NCBI RefSeq assembly: GCF_009914755.1
Contig: NC_060925.1
Source: the human T2T-CHM13v2.0 reference genome, Homo sapiens
Length of the DNA stretch: 64,000 nucleotides
Reading direction: 5' to 3' (one strand)
Under the pieces are notes generated by a model. The model saw nothing but the letters and a program-made list of their open reading frames with translations, was not told the origin of the DNA and searched no databases. Each line of letters begins with the position of its first letter. Position 1 is the first letter of the stretch. A program made the translations under genes and the position numbers. Below, piece after piece: positions 16,470 through 34,815 of this stretch.

Positions 16470-16876
16470 TCGTTCTTTTCCTTCTTTCTCTCTCTCTTTC
16501 TTTCTTTCCTTTTCTTCTTTCTTCTTTCTCTCTTTTTCTTTCTTTCTTCCTTTCTTTCCTTCCTTTTTCTTTTCTTTCTTTCTCTCTTTCTTTCTTCCTC
16601 TCTCTCTTTTTCTCTTCTTTCTTTCTTTCTTTGTTCCTTTCTTTCTTCTTTCTTTCTTCTTTTCCTTCCTTCCTTCCTTCCTTCCTTCCTCTTCTTCCTT
16701 TCTTTCTCCTTTCTTTTTCTTTTTTTTTTGACATGATCTCACTTTGTCACCCAGGCTAGAGTGCAGTGATGTGATCATAGCTTAATGCAGCCTCTCTGTC
16801 CTGGGCTCAAGCAATCCTCCCACCTCAGCTTCCAGAGTACCTGGGGCTACAGCTGTGTGCCACCACGCCCAGCTAA
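16470..16876 (-). repeat. About 260-bp polypyrimidine (TTTC/TTCC) tract as expanded tail of a partial Alu
   Basis: Flanked by the direct repeat aggacttgaatttt near 16458 and 16878. Confidence 0.85.
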
Positions 16877-17112
16877 AGGACTTGAATTTTCTTACATATC
16901 TTGGCCCTATAGAGTGGTTCTCAACCTTGGCTGCACATGTCTATTACCTGAGAAAAGTTTTAAATAACCTAATACTCAGGTCACACCCTAGACTTTAGGG
17001 GTGAGACAAGCATTAATATTTTTTAACACTCTTAGAATTAAGAGCCACTAATATTGTAGCACTGCAATTCCTATAAAGAGAACAGATGTGAGTCGATTTG
17101 TTACAGTATTGT

Positions 17113-17475
17113 TGTATTCATCTGTTTTCATGCTGCTGATAAAGACATACCTGAGACCGGGCAATTTACAAAAGAAAGAGGTTTAATGGACTTACAGTTC
17201 CACATGGGTGGGGAGGCCTCACAATCATGGTGGAGGACAAAGAGGAGCAAGTCACATCTTACATGGATGGCAGCAGGCAAAGAGACAGCTTGTGCAGGGA
17301 AACTCCCATTTTAAAAATGATCAGATCTCATGAGACTTACTCACTAACCCAAGAACAGCACAGGAAAGACCCATCCTCATGATTCAGTTATCTCCCACTG
17401 GGCCCCTCCCACAACATGTGGGAATTATGGGAGCTACAAGATGAGATTGGGTGTGGACACAGCCAAACCATATCA
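17113..17475 (-). mobile_element. THE1-type MaLR solo LTR
   Basis: tgtatt...catatca termini, THE1 internal motifs, perfect 5-bp TSD attgt (17108-17112 and 17476-17480). Confidence 0.9.
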
Positions 17476-20400
17476 ATTGTCATCACTCAAGGCAGATGAG
17501 TATATAGAAAGCTATCAGTTGTAAGGAATTGGACTAAGTTTAAGAGAATAATAATTAAGATAGAACAAATGTTTGGTCCTGCTTAAGGGCTAGGATAGAT
17601 GAGGCACAATAGAATCATGTGGGGAGCTGTAAAAATGCCCAGGCCCTACTCTGTGTCAATTAAATCAGAATCCAGAATCTCTGCTTGAGTGTGTCTAGAG
17701 TATTGGTCAAAGGAAACAGTGATTTTGATGTGCAGCCAGTTAAGAGCTGATATTCTCAAGGATCATGATGTGACACAGCTGTTTCAGAAGGGTAAATCTC
17801 CATACTCCCACTTTAGAAGAAAAGAAAAGGCAAAATGACAAAACAATCAAGCAAAAGGGCTGGAAGAGCTGGTAGATAACAGGGTGTCAACTTGAATTAA
17901 TTCAGCTCTTTGGTAAAGATTAGCTGGAGTAAAGAAATTCCAGTTAGTCAAATGGGATGAATGTCCTTTCATGGAAACCATATCATGCTTTTTGAATGAT
18001 CTGAGAAAGACTGGAAGCATTAGAGGTGAAGTATATCCATTTGCTCAATGGGAAAAGATTTTGTTTTATTTTATTTACATAATGTGATATGCTTGGCCAT
18101 CTGCAGTAGTGCCTGAAAGGGGATGTAAAACGGAAAATGTAGTCAGTGAGACTGATTAATAACCATGGGTAGAAAAATAGGCCAAGTGGAAAAACTTATT
18201 CATATAATTGCTTCATTTTGCTGACTGCAAAAGGATTTGTTTTGGAAGTGATTTCTGCTCTTTAACCTAGTGGATTGATAGATCACAGAAAGGTCTTAGA
18301 AATGACATTACGTAATTTTGTTCGTAACATGAAATTAGCTTGAATCAAAAAATGTATACCATTTTTTTGTATCTACCTTCTAAGACATTTGTCTTGAGAA
18401 ATTAATGATTCTACAACATAAATAGTCATTGTGAAAGGAAGGAAAAAGATAACAGAGGGCTTTCATAATAATCATGGACTCAAGATTATCTAATTTAAAA
18501 AGACATATCTCATTTTCCTTTATTTAAACATAAAACAAATGAGAGAAAACAGAAATAGCTCATAATTTTATTTATCTGATAAAACATGCTGACATAAAAA
18601 TATAATTCATGCACCCAGTAAGAAAATCAAAAAGTTAAATAAAGGTAAAAATGAAATATAAAATTCTCTTTCCTCCTGTCTCTTACCCCCAGACATCTAG
18701 AATCTCTCCTTAAGATAATCACTGTTGACAATTTCTTGAGTATCTTTTTAAAAATGACCTTAATACACATCCCCCGTATAGAATATAGATCTTAAACAAG
18801 GTAGAAAATAAAATTTTATCTTTTAGTATTACACAAAAGGATGTTCAGAACTAGGCTTTGTATTTTTTTTTTCTAGAGATGAGGTCTCACTGTGTTGCCC
18901 AGGTTGGTCTCAAACTCCTGGGCTCAAGCAATCCTCCCACCTCAGTCTCCAAAAGTGTTGGGATTATAAGCATGAGATGAAGTCTTGCCTGGCCTAGGCA
19001 TTCTATTTTTGTTTAATAATTTACCTTCAAGATATTCTTAACTTTTAACAACTGTATTGTATAAATATATTTTTTATTAAAACAATAGGCTACCAATAAC
19101 ATTAATAACATATCTTGGTTTATGTATTTTACAAGATTCTCCATGTGATAAATTCCAACCTGAGAAGTTGCTATACAACATATGAATTTAACATTTTTTA
19201 ATTGCTGCGATCTAATATGATCCTAAAACATGGCCCTAGTTTATATTCCTATGAGAATGTCTAATACCTACACTCTTGCTAACATTGACTGCTATTGCAT
19301 TTTAAAGACGCATTAATTTGATTGGATTGATGTTGAACATCTTCTGTTACTCCTGGCCATTGCATTTCTTTTTCTACCTATTAATCTCCCTTGTATAATA
19401 TTGCATTATTTGTCTTTTTTGTCTCATTTATCGACAAAGATTAAAGTTATTGGCAGTAGTGAAAATGGAGAAAAAAATCAAAATTCAAATACTGTAGAGT
19501 ACAATATTTTGGAGAATAATTTGATTCTATATATTGAAATTTAAATTGTCTTTAATCTTTGACCCAGTTATTCTATTTCTAGTAATTTTTCTACCCAAAT
19601 AATAATTCAGGAAGGAAACCTTTACAGAGATTATTCTTATAATGTTTGTGATACAATATTTACAGGCAACATAAATTCTCATCCAGAGATCGGAGTAAAT
19701 ATTATATAGTATATCTGTAGAATGAAATGTACCTTGCTGTTTAAATGAATAAATTAGTTATTATCATAAAATAAATGTCATGTAAAGACATTTATTTTAT
19801 GGTGTATAAAATTAGAAAAACAAGTTATTAAAAATAACATGATTTTTTGTAAAATGCTTTTATTTTGTTTTTAATTGACATAATAATTGCACATGTTTAT
19901 GGGGTACAGTGTGGTGCTTTAGTGCATGTGTACATTGCGTAATGGTCAAATTTAAAAATTAAATGTATTGATAGAAAAAGTGTTTGGATATTTGTATCCT
20001 AAATGCTAACAGTGATGATATCTGGAATGTGGAACTGCTGGTAATTTTTCCCTTTTTCTTTTAGAGATTTTTGTACTTATTTTTAATAATAAACATATAC
20101 TAATTTTATAATAAAAATAACAATGAAGTCCTTTCCATTTTGAAAAATTAATTCCAATAGAAAAATACTGTACTCGAGCCACTTTCCAGGGTTTTCTTAT
20201 TCTTAGTGCTGGTATAAGGTACCAGTGATATTATATTTTCAGATATGTTTGGCTTTTCTGCCTTATGGTTGAAGATGAGCTTAGGAAGTATTGCTGCCTA
20301 ATTTTCAGGCTTTTGAGCCAATGCTTGGTGCACAAAAAGCACCACATCAACTTTAAACAGAATATTCTGCTTCTTTAGACTGTATTTCCTACTTTTTATA

Positions 20401-20934
20401 GTATTTATTAGCGCCAGAACTCTGTGACTGTTTCCCAAAGAACAAGAGAGAAGGATCAAGGAAAGTGAGAAGCAATGAAACTAGATTTAATTAATACTCT
20501 GGCTTGTCAGCAGCTTTCATGAAAGATTTGTTTGTTGAAGAAGTTGAACCTATTAGCTTAAACAGGGATTAACTCTGCCAACTCTGACAGAGCATGGACA
20601 ATTAAGAGTTTATTGGAAATTAATTGAAAATAATACAGTGTTGTGAGGTGGGATGAAGATGATTTCCTTTAAGGAAATTATGCCAAGTGTTTTGAATCAG
20701 CCAAGGATAAACAAATGCAGACTATCATTTGATGGAGGTATTATAAACTGATAACATGATTCGAAGTATAAGAATGGCAAATTGTGAAGAATGAATAAAA
20801 TTACAGAGATAAATAGCAAAAATGTGAAACTAAAATAAAGAGGAACAGTGAGTAAACGGGGTTAGCTGAGAATATGGTTTAACAGGGCATACTCTATTCA
20901 TTTATGAAGAAATTTTAATCCTCAAAATGCTACT

Positions 20935-21290
20935 TGTCTTAGTCTGTGTAGGCTGCTGTAACAAAATACCACAAGCTGAGTAACTTATAAACAACAGAAA
21001 TTTCTTACAGTTGTGCAGGCTGGGAAGTCCAATATCAAGGCAGATTCAGCATCTGGGGTGAGGTTCACCCTTCTGGCTCATAGATGGCAACTTCCTGCTG
21101 TATCCCCATACTTTGGAAGGGGCCAATGAGCTCTCTGGGATCTCTTTTATAAGGGCACAAATTCCATTCATGAGAATCTTGTCCTCATGGCCTAATCACC
21201 TCCCCAAGGCTCTATCTCCTAACACGAGTAGCTTGGGGGTTAGGATTTCAATATACAAATTTGGGGGGACATAAACAGTCAGTCTGTGAC
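20935..21290 (-). mobile_element. MaLR solo LTR (MLT1A-like)
   Basis: tgtcttagtctg start; homologous to 978-1340. Confidence 0.7.
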
Positions 21291-22374
21291 ATTGCCATTT
21301 CATCAGTAAGAATTTTCATGAACTCACTATTAAGATTTATGTTTAGGTTTTTTATGCGGATGTTCTCACTTTATAATATTGTTTGTCTGCATAGTTTAAA
21401 GAAAAGGACAATGCCCAATTAGAACAGGAGGTGTCTTTTGTTGGCCAGCAAAATATTTTAAGATGCCTTGAGTGTGACCCTACATAGAGATCATCAAGGT
21501 AACATCATTTTGTTCTTGTTCTAGATCCACATGTTTCACTCAAGATCCCAGAAAGAAAATGTATGAAAACACATTGGAAGACAATAATCCATCCTTACAA
21601 TGCTAGCCAATGTTTATTATTGCTTTCTATGTGTGAGGAATTGTGTTAAACACTTAAAAAGATGTTATCCCTCATAATTATCATAACACCTGAAGAAGTA
21701 GGTGGGGTGATTTTCTCCAATTTAGATATTATAGGAACTGAAACACTTGCCCACTAAACAGGCAATTGAAAGAGATAGGATTTCTATAGAAAGTTACCAG
21801 CTCCACAGCTAGTGTTCCTATTCTCATCATTAGTGTTCCCTTAGTGGTTTTGATATTACACCTAATACTATTTAATACAAAATTAAAGCATCCACCCTAT
21901 TCTGGGATTTACCATCAAGAATAGAGCACTGAGCCTGATAAACAGTATCCACTTTGGAATGCATGTTTCTATCCAGCTACTTAATATGACATAAGTTCAT
22001 TGGACATTAAGGCCAGATTTCTTGACATGCTTTACCTTCAAATTAACAAGTTTGGCTTATTCAATTGTGGACCTTTAACCCTTAGGCCAGATAGTATATG
22101 AGGCCTAGAGTAGTGGAAAAAGGTAACTGGATTTACAAAATTTGACTCTTCAAATTCTGTAAGAATTCAATATATTGAGGAACGTTTAGGTGCATAGTAA
22201 AATTATAATTTCATATTGTTGCACAGACTCAGGCAGATGAAAGAGACTCCAATAGTGGTCAGGTAGTACCCAGACAGTCAGTTGATTGTCTCTGTGCTGA
22301 AAGGATTTAAAAATGAAGAAGAGTTTGCTCCAATGTATGTTTCAATATCTCATTGTTTTACAATAATATTTGAA

Positions 22375-24117
<1,743 letters not shown>

Positions 24118-24667
24118 TTAAAATATTCTGCAGTCACAGTGACTGTCTTGGCTTCTCTTAATTTATGAGGACCTTTGTCTTATAGACTCTTTTCTTTAAA
24201 AAAAGATGGGGTCTTGCTATGTTGTCCATGCTGGAGTGCAGTGGCTATTCACAGGCTTGATCATTGCATACTACAGTCTGGAACTCCTGGACTCAAGTCT
24301 CCCAGTGGCTGGGAATACAGGTGAGTGCCTACCACACCTAGCCTGATTTACAGATTTTTGACATCTATTATAGTTAAATGTATTTTCAGCATTTGCATAT
24401 TAAAGGAATAATATTGATGCTTAACTTCATTAGTGATCAGGGAATTCCAAATTTTAAAAAAATTTTTTCATCTCTTATAGTATATTTAAAAATTCATTGC
24501 TGATAAGGATTCAGGGATGCCAACATTGTACATTGGTAGTGAAAATGTAAATTGGAAACTTTCTGTAATCTGACAGTAATTATTTTTTTAAAAATCCTTT
24601 TGAACTTGCAGTTCTACTTTTGGGATTTGAATTTATGGAAAGTAAAGTGCCAGTGAGAAAGAATATT

Positions 24668-25690
24668 GTTGCCCCTTGAACAATATAGGGTTAGGGGAGC
24701 TGGCCTCCCACACAGTGAAAAATCTGCATACAAATTTTGATTCCCCCCAAACTACTAATAACCTATTGTTGACCAGAAGGCTTACTGATAACATGCGTTA
24801 CATTTAAGACATATTTTGCATGCTATGTGTATTATATACTGTATTCTTACAATAAACTAAGCTACAGAAAAGAAATTATAGTCAAGAAAATTGTAAGGAA
24901 GAGAAAATATATGACCCATTCATTAAGTGGAAGTGGATCATCCTAAAGGTCTTCATCATTGTTGTGTTCATGTTGAGTAGGCAGAGGAGGAGGAGGAGGA
25001 GCTGGTCTTTGTGTCTTAGGGTAGCAGAGGTGGAAGAGGGTGAAGGGATGGAAGGGGAAGCAAAAGAGGCAAGCACACTTGGTGAGACTTTACAAAAATA
25101 CATCATTATTTCTGTCTATTTTGCTTTTTCATTTCTCTAAAAACATTTCAGTGTAGTACCTATCCGTCTTCCACCATTTGCTTTAGTTTCAGTTCCTGTA
25201 TCATGGAACGGTCTATGTCATAAAAGAAGTCAAAAGTAGTCTTGAATAATCAAAGTTCTTTTGCCAGATTGTTGAATGCCAATTTGTTTTCTGGCACTGC
25301 TTTTCCTATGTCTTCTTCCTCATTATCTGGCACTGGTTAGGAAGCACTCATCTCCATGAAGTCATCTTTTGTTAATTCCTCTGGTGTGGTGTGTATTAGC
25401 TCTTAAATTCCTCCAAGATCCATATCTTACAACCCTTCACTCCACACCTTTTTTTCCCTTCATATCCATACTTCTTTCCATGGTTTTCTCTAAATTGGGT
25501 TTGTCGTAATTCTGTAGCTATGCACAACATCTGGACACAAATTGTACTTTTGTCCAGCAGGAATTTATTGTTTTGAGTTTCATGGTTTTCTATATCAACT
25601 GATGACATCTTGAAAGGTGTAAGCCTCCCAGACTTCCATGATGTTCTCTCTATTGGGTTTCTCTTTTGGAATGTTGACAAATCTTTCCAT
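24668..25690. mobile_element. Tigger2/MER8-like DNA transposon remnant
   Basis: Terminus-like gttgccccttgaacaa...gggttagggg and decayed transposase-like sequence. Confidence 0.6.
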
Positions 25691-26536
25691 AGAGTGCCAT
25701 ATGTAGAGCCTTAAAGGTCCTTATGACTCCCTTATCTAGAAGCTGAAGTAGAGATGTGTTTGGGGGAAAAGGAGAACACTTCAGTGCCTTTGGTGTTGAA
25801 CTCATGGGGTTCTGGGTGGCCAGGGGGCATTTTCCAATTAAACAACAACAACAACAAAAAACTTTAAAAAGCAGTCCCTTATTGGCAAGGTACTTCTGAC
25901 TTCAGGGACAAAGCATTGATGGAACTAATCCAGAAAAAGCATTCTCATAGTCCAGGCCTTCTTGTTGTACAACCAAAAGACTGGCAACTAGTGTTTCTCT
26001 TTTCCCTTTCAAGACTCAGGGGTTAGCAGCTTTATAGTTAAGGGCAGCCCTGATCATAAACCCGACTACATTTGCACAAAGCAGTAGAGTTAGCCTATCC
26101 CTTCCTGCCTTAAATCTTGGTGCTTGCTTCTGTTCCTTACTAATAAATGACCTTACTAATAAATGATTCTCCTGCCTCAGCCTCCCTAGTAGCTGGGACT
26201 ACCGGTGCCCGCCATGACGCCCGGCTAATTTTTGTATTTTTATTAGAGACGAGGTTTCACCATGTTGGTCAGGCTGGTCTCAAACTCCTGATCTCAAGTG
26301 ATCCACCCACCTCAGCCTCCCAGAGTGCTGGGATTACAGGTGTGAGCTACCGCGCCCAGCCCGCACCTGCAGCTTAATCCCATTTCGCTGGTGCAACTTC
26401 ATCCTTCCGTATGCTCAGGCCAATAAACAGTACTGTAGGCTGGTCGTTCTTTGACCCCCATACATCCTATTGGTCGGAAAATTATGTTTTCTCTTTGGTT
26501 AACCGCAGACTTTGATATGCACACTCTTTCTTGGTC

Positions 26537-27270
<734 letters not shown>

Positions 27271-27762
27271 TCTGAACTTTGGCAAAGGAATCTCCTGATA
27301 AAGGCGGGATCGATTTTACTGACCAAGCTGAAAACGATCAGACGTTTGAAAGCCTTAATCTCGGAGCCTGTCGGAGTTTGGTCTGCCCTTGAGGCTTTTC
27401 TTTGAGCCTACCAGTCAAAATCAGCCTGGCCAAACCTGTCTTCAAGGACCAGGGGCAGGGCCGGCTTCTCCCGCCGGGTCGGCAGCCACCTTCCCCTTCC
27501 CTGTGACTTGAAGAGAAGCTTCAGGGGGCGTTTATTCAATTTGCGAGGAACCCGCGAGGCGCAGGTGCGCGGTGACTCTGTGGTTCCCACCGCACCCGCT
27601 GCCCTCTTTGGTCCTCTCGCTGTCACCGGCGGGCAGTAACGTTCCGGGTGAGCTAGGGCTCCGAAGACAGCAGGCAGGGAGGGACCAGTGGGTAAGGGCA
27701 CCGCCCGTTTAGGTCCTGCGCAGGAGGGATCCGAAAAAGGTCTTGAAGAAATAGAAAGGGAG

Positions 27763-28042
27763 GGCCAGATGCGGTGGCTCACGCCTGTAATCCCAGCACT
27801 TTGGGAGGCCGAGGTGGGTGGATCACGAGGTCACGAGTTCGAGACCAGCCTGGCCAAGATGGTGAAACCCTGTCTCTACTAAAAATACAAGTAGCTGGGC
27901 GCGGTGACGGGCGCCTGTAATCCCAGCTACTCAGGAGGCTGAGGCAGGAGAATCTCTAGAACCCAGGAGGCGGAGGTTGCAGTGAGCTGAGACTGCCCCG
28001 CTGCACTCTAGCCTGGGCAACACAGCAAGACTCTGTCTCAAA

Positions 28043-28085
<43 letters not shown>

Positions 28086-28087
28086 AA
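27763..28087 (+). mobile_element. Alu with (AAAT)n tail
   Basis: Dimeric Alu; absent at the paralogous site near 55600. Confidence 0.9.
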
Positions 28088-28656
28088 AGGGAGAGTTGGA
28101 AGTAGATCAAAGAGAAGAAAAGAAATCCTAGATTTCCTATCTGAAGGCACCATGAAGATGAAGGCCACCTCTTCTGGGCCAGGTCCTCCCGTTGCAGGTG
28201 AACCGAGTTCTGGCCTCCATTGGAGACCAAAGGAGATGACTTTGGCCTGACTCCTAGTGAGGAAGCCATGCCTAGTCCTGTTCTGTTTGGGCTTGATCCT
28301 GTAGCACTTGATTGTCTCTCCTGGACTTTCCATGGATTCCAGGGATGCAACTGAGAAGTTTGTTTTTAATGCACTTACTTGAAGTAAGAGTTATTTTAAA
28401 ACATTTTAGCAAAGGAAATGAATTCTGACAGGTTTTGCACTGAAGACATTCACATGTGAGGAAAACAGGAAAACCACTACGCTAGAAAAAGCAAATGCTG
28501 TTGAGATTGTCTCACAAACACAAATTGCGTGCCAGCAGGTAGGTTTGAGCCTCAGGTTGGGCACATTTTACTTTAAGTGCACTGTTGGTGGAACTTAAGG
28601 TGACTGTAGGACTTATATATACATACATACATATAATATATATACATATTTATGTG

Positions 28657-28658
<2 letters not shown>

Positions 28659-28706
<48 letters not shown>
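28659..28706. repeat. (CA)n microsatellite at the tail of an Alu fragment
   Basis: Directly visible. Confidence 0.95.
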
Positions 28707-28708
<2 letters not shown>

Positions 28709-29406
28709 GTCTTGCTATCTTGCCCAGGGTGGTCTCCAACTCTGGGTCTCAAGCGATCCTCTGCCTCCCCTTCCCAAAGTGCTGGGATTACAGGTGTGAG
28801 CCACCTCGCCCAGGCCATTTTAATTTTAATTTAATACTTTTAATTTGAATACACAATCCAAAAATCATATAACAAGTACAGGAAACCCACTTTATGCCAA
28901 GTTTACAAAAACAGGAAAGATATGTCAATGACAAAGCGTCAAAGTGGCAACATCCTAAAGTACTGAGAGAAAAAAAGTTATTCTAGAATTCTATGCCAAA
29001 TTGAAATATCTTTCAAAAATGTGACTGAAATCAGGACATTTAAAGACATACAAAAAAATGACAGAATTCACCGAACCACACTACAAGAAATATTAAAGGA
29101 GTCCTCCAGGCCTAAGGATAAGGATACCAAACAGAAATCTGAACCTACACAAAGAAATGGAGACGACTGAAAATCGCTATGTACGTACTTGGATGTTGGG
29201 GTTTATAACATGTCCAAAATCAAATTCCCTGACAACACTAACATAAAGGCCAGAAGGGGAGGTATAATGTCACTTGATGGCAGACGGATAAAGATGTATT
29301 CTAGGGACCCTAAAGCCATCACTGACATAACAAAAGAAAGAGTTACAGCTAATAAGCCAAATAAGGAAAGAAAATAGAATGATATATAAAAAAAAAACAT
29401 GTAATC

Positions 29407-29742
29407 GCTGGGTGCGGTGGCTCATGCCTGTAATCCCAGCACTTTGAGAGGCCAAGGCAGGCAGATCACTTGAGGTCAGGAGTTTGAGACCGGCCTGGCC
29501 AAAACGATGAAACCCCGTCTCTACTAAAAATACAAAAATTAGCCCGATGTGGTGGCTCGCGCGGACCTGTAATCTCAGCTACTTGGGAGGCTGAAGCAGG
29601 AGATTCGCTTGAACCCGGGAGGCGGAGGTTGCAGTGAGAGCTGAGATGGCGCCACTGCACTCCAGCCTGGGTGACAGAGCGAGACTCTGTCTCAAAAATA
29701 AATAAATAAATAAATAAATAAACAAACAAACAAACAAACAAA
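29407..29742 (+). mobile_element. Alu
   Basis: Dimeric Alu with (AAAT)/(AAAC) tail. Confidence 0.9.
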
Positions 29743-30149
29743 AACTGTGTAATCCCTATGCTGGAGCAACTGCTCTCCAGGCCTCTACCCTATAGAAATA
29801 CACAAATGGCCAATGAGAAGTGTACAAGAATGATCACTGCCGAATTATTTGCAATCATAAAATAGTAGCGCCAAAGTAATTTCAAAGATACATGAAAATC
29901 GTTTTATTTATTTAACAAACACAAACAATTGAACAAACAATGGAAGCAAGTCCTTTTGCCTAAAGGAACACAGAGGGTCATGCGGATGTTGCTCCTCCAA
30001 GGATTTCGGTGTTCCCCAACGGCTAGTTTTGGGTCTAGTTCTTCTGGAAGATCTTATTCTTGGGGAGCTACAGGTTCTGGCGTTTGGGGCTTTTTCAGGT
30101 TCTATCTCCATTTTCCCCTCAATTCCTCCCCATTCTGCTATAATAAAAA

Positions 30150-31035
30150 AAAATTCTCACCTCCGGAAGATCCCGCCTGTGCCTCCCCGCCAGCCTTTCA
30201 GGAGGTCTGGACGTCTGGTCCACCGCTCCCCGGCTTCTTTCCCCGCTTTTGCTTTTCCCCTCCCCTGCTCCCGCCCTCCGGCCTCAGGACCCGACCACCG
30301 CCCAGCTGAGCCCCCGCGGCTCCACGGCGCAGAAGGGGCACTGGAGGCCCTGCCCGTTGCCGCCCCGCGGGGTGCCAAGAAGTCCACGTAAATAAATGCT
30401 TTGTAAAAGGAACTTCCCCATGGAAAAATCTCTCATGATTTCTTCTCAAGGCTCTTCAAAGGACTAAAAGCTAAAAGGATGGATTCATTCGACAAGTCCT
30501 AGTCCTGCGCCCTGGTGAGTGCCAGACCCTGCTCCCCGCGAGGGGGACCCACGAGCCACCCTCACCACGATCCCTGCCCTGGTGGAGCCCCCGTGCGGAA
30601 CACAGGATCCGAAGATGGCAGCGGAAGCTCCGCAGCGGCCCCAAAAGCGACTGGGCAGGGAGGGCACAGGCTCCCTCACTGGGTGAAGGCGGCGCAAAGA
30701 ACGGGAAGAGCCATCCCGGGAGCCACCGGGCGTTCAGCCTCCCTAGGGCCCCCAGGCGGTTCGGGCCGGGGTCTCAACCGGGGCGTTTCCGGGGGTTTCT
30801 GAAGCAGGTGAGGGGCAGGGCGGGCGAAGGCCATTCGGCTATCCTTCTGGCTCCAGAATCTCCCAACGCGCAGGTGTCCAACGTGACCAGCGCGACTTAC
30901 CGCTCCAATCTCTCCGGTCTTCCAAGGCCTGCTCAGTCGTCCTGCCGGGCGGGCCCTGAGGATGCAAGGGACGGAGGAAGTTTCGTGCGTGCGCCCTTCC
31001 TATAGCGCCCAGTAGAACTGACAGTACCTGTCTCT

Positions 31036-31086
<51 letters not shown>

Positions 31087-31110
31087 GAGCCCACCCAGGG
31101 ACGCTTGTTT
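30150..31110. promoter_or_regulatory. CpG island upstream of tRNA-Asn
   Basis: High GC and CpG content; YY1/ETS-like gaagatggcagcggaag at about 30611-30627. Confidence 0.7.
31030..31103 (+). tRNA. TRN-GTT: tRNA-Asn(GTT), canonical
   Basis: 74-nt GTCTCTGTGGCGCAATCGG...CTGTTAA...GGTTCGAGCCCACCCAGGGACG with intact A and B boxes and cloverleaf. Confidence 0.97.
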
Positions 31111-31114
31111 GAGC

Positions 31115-31118
31115 TTTT
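31115..31118 (+). terminator. Pol III terminator (T4)
   Basis: First TTTT run after the tRNA, 11 nt downstream of its end. Confidence 0.7.
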
Positions 31119-31560
31119 AAAGTATTCATGCATTGTCAATCACTAGATAAATGGGGAAGATTTTATCTTCCTGGAGTCCTAAGCCACTAATTTGTGACTT
31201 ATCCATGTCAAGGGCCAGCCCACCTCCCCAACCGGATTCTTAACCGGGTATCTCCTGAAATCCTGGGTTTATACGTGTGTAACTCAGGAATCCTGAAACA
31301 GAGACCTAGGAACCCACTTCTGGTGTGATAAAATTCTAATTCAGTCCGTTATACGCTTAAACGAGTAATTTACATGCCTTCATTTTTTCATATGTTAATA
31401 ATAGGAGGTCAGTAATATCCCGAGGATGTGCCTGGATTTACTGATTGCTCTATCAATAATGTGACCAGTGGAATCATTCATCATCATAGTGATCCTCTCC
31501 ATCATTTTTGAAAAAGAGTATTTTTCCTCAGTTTGTGCATGATTTATTTAACCCTTTTCA

Positions 31561-31692
<132 letters not shown>

Positions 31693-32287
31693 CTACACTC
31701 CCGCCTGGGCAACAGAGCGAGACTCCATCTCAAAAAAAAAATAAAAATAAAAAAATAAAGTTTTTGAGATGAGGTAGGTTTCATTGTTTTAGGATTACAA
31801 AGAATGCTGCAGCCACCTTTCTTGTACACATGTCTTTGGTCATTGTGGAAATGTCTACACCGCAGATATTTCTATAGTGTAGGGAAGTTGATGCACTATT
31901 GCTACATTATAGGGTTTACATGATGCTTCTAATTTGAGTACATTCTGCAAATGTATCTTTCACGGGAGCCGTACCAAATAATATTCCAATAGCAATATTT
32001 ATAGGAGGAAAAATGTGCAGAAGTGCAATTGAGCTTCGTGCCTCTCCATGGGGCCCATGTTCATAAAATGGTGGCATTAGCAATCATCTGAGAGTGGAGA
32101 TTGTGGCCCTCTGACATCAAAAGCTGAAGCAGAGGACATGAAAACCCTCACTGTGCATCCTCTCTAGTCTGGCCAGAATCATTCCTAGGTCGGTGGTCTC
32201 TTATCAGGAGGGAATGCTGCTTGCTTGTTTTGTCAACATCACAAAACTGAGGAAAAGCATCAGGCCGTTGGTTGGTAACAGTGGTGA

Positions 32288-33944
<1,657 letters not shown>

Positions 33945-34815
33945 TAATGGCGGTTAGCGAGGGAGGGGTTTTAAGGGGGGCATGTCCGACCTCCTATCCT
34001 GTCACAGCCAGAAACAGCTTTCAAGGTTTCTCTGTGGTCCTGTCAGCCAAGAGGGGAGTCCGTTCAGTTGGTTGTAGGGCCTAGGGCTTATTTTTATTTC
34101 TCAATCCTGACAAGGGAAGGCTGGATTAATGCAGATTCTCTGCAGGTGTAAATTTCCCCTACAAAAGACAGTTTTGCAGAGTTACTTCTGTTTGCTGGCT
34201 CTCTGACAGCCATCTTAAAATATGCCAAAGAAATATATTCTGGGGTAAAATATTTTGATTTTTTCGTCTATCTATAGCTTCACCATGCTGACAGCCTCCA
34301 GTCCAAGCATACCTGAAGCCTTTCCTTTTAAAAAGCTTTTCCACCCTTCTGACTGCCTTCAAGTCTCTGCCAAAACACAAGTAACAGTGGCTGACTCCCT
34401 GCCATAGCAAGCTCAGAATAAATAGCCTTTGCTTTTTTTCATTTGGTTGGTCTTCGTTTATTTGCAGAAGCTTCAATGTAGAGTTGACAAGGACTCCATC
34501 TTTGACCAAACCTTAGTCAGTTTCCTCTGAGCCCTTTTCTCTATTAGTTCTTGGCCTGTCAAGTCCAGTTTTAGAAAAGAATACCGTCGAGCCTAGTTTA
34601 GCAAGAGTCCTACCAACCACCTTTGATAGCTAATCAAGTTCCTCTTAGTAATTTTCCATCCACTGACTTTCTTACCTTGCCGATTGGCTATAAATCTTCA
34701 ACCCTTCTTGCTGTATTTGGAGTTGAGCTCGGTTCTCTGCTGGTCTCTCTTGCCTACTGCAGTACATACAATAAAATCCGCCTCATGCTTTTAACAGGTG
34801 TCAGGGTAGTCCCTC

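Noticed and set aside
16372-16778. Lys/Glu/Arg-rich and Phe/Ser/Leu-rich ORFs
   Set aside because: Translations of a polypyrimidine microsatellite
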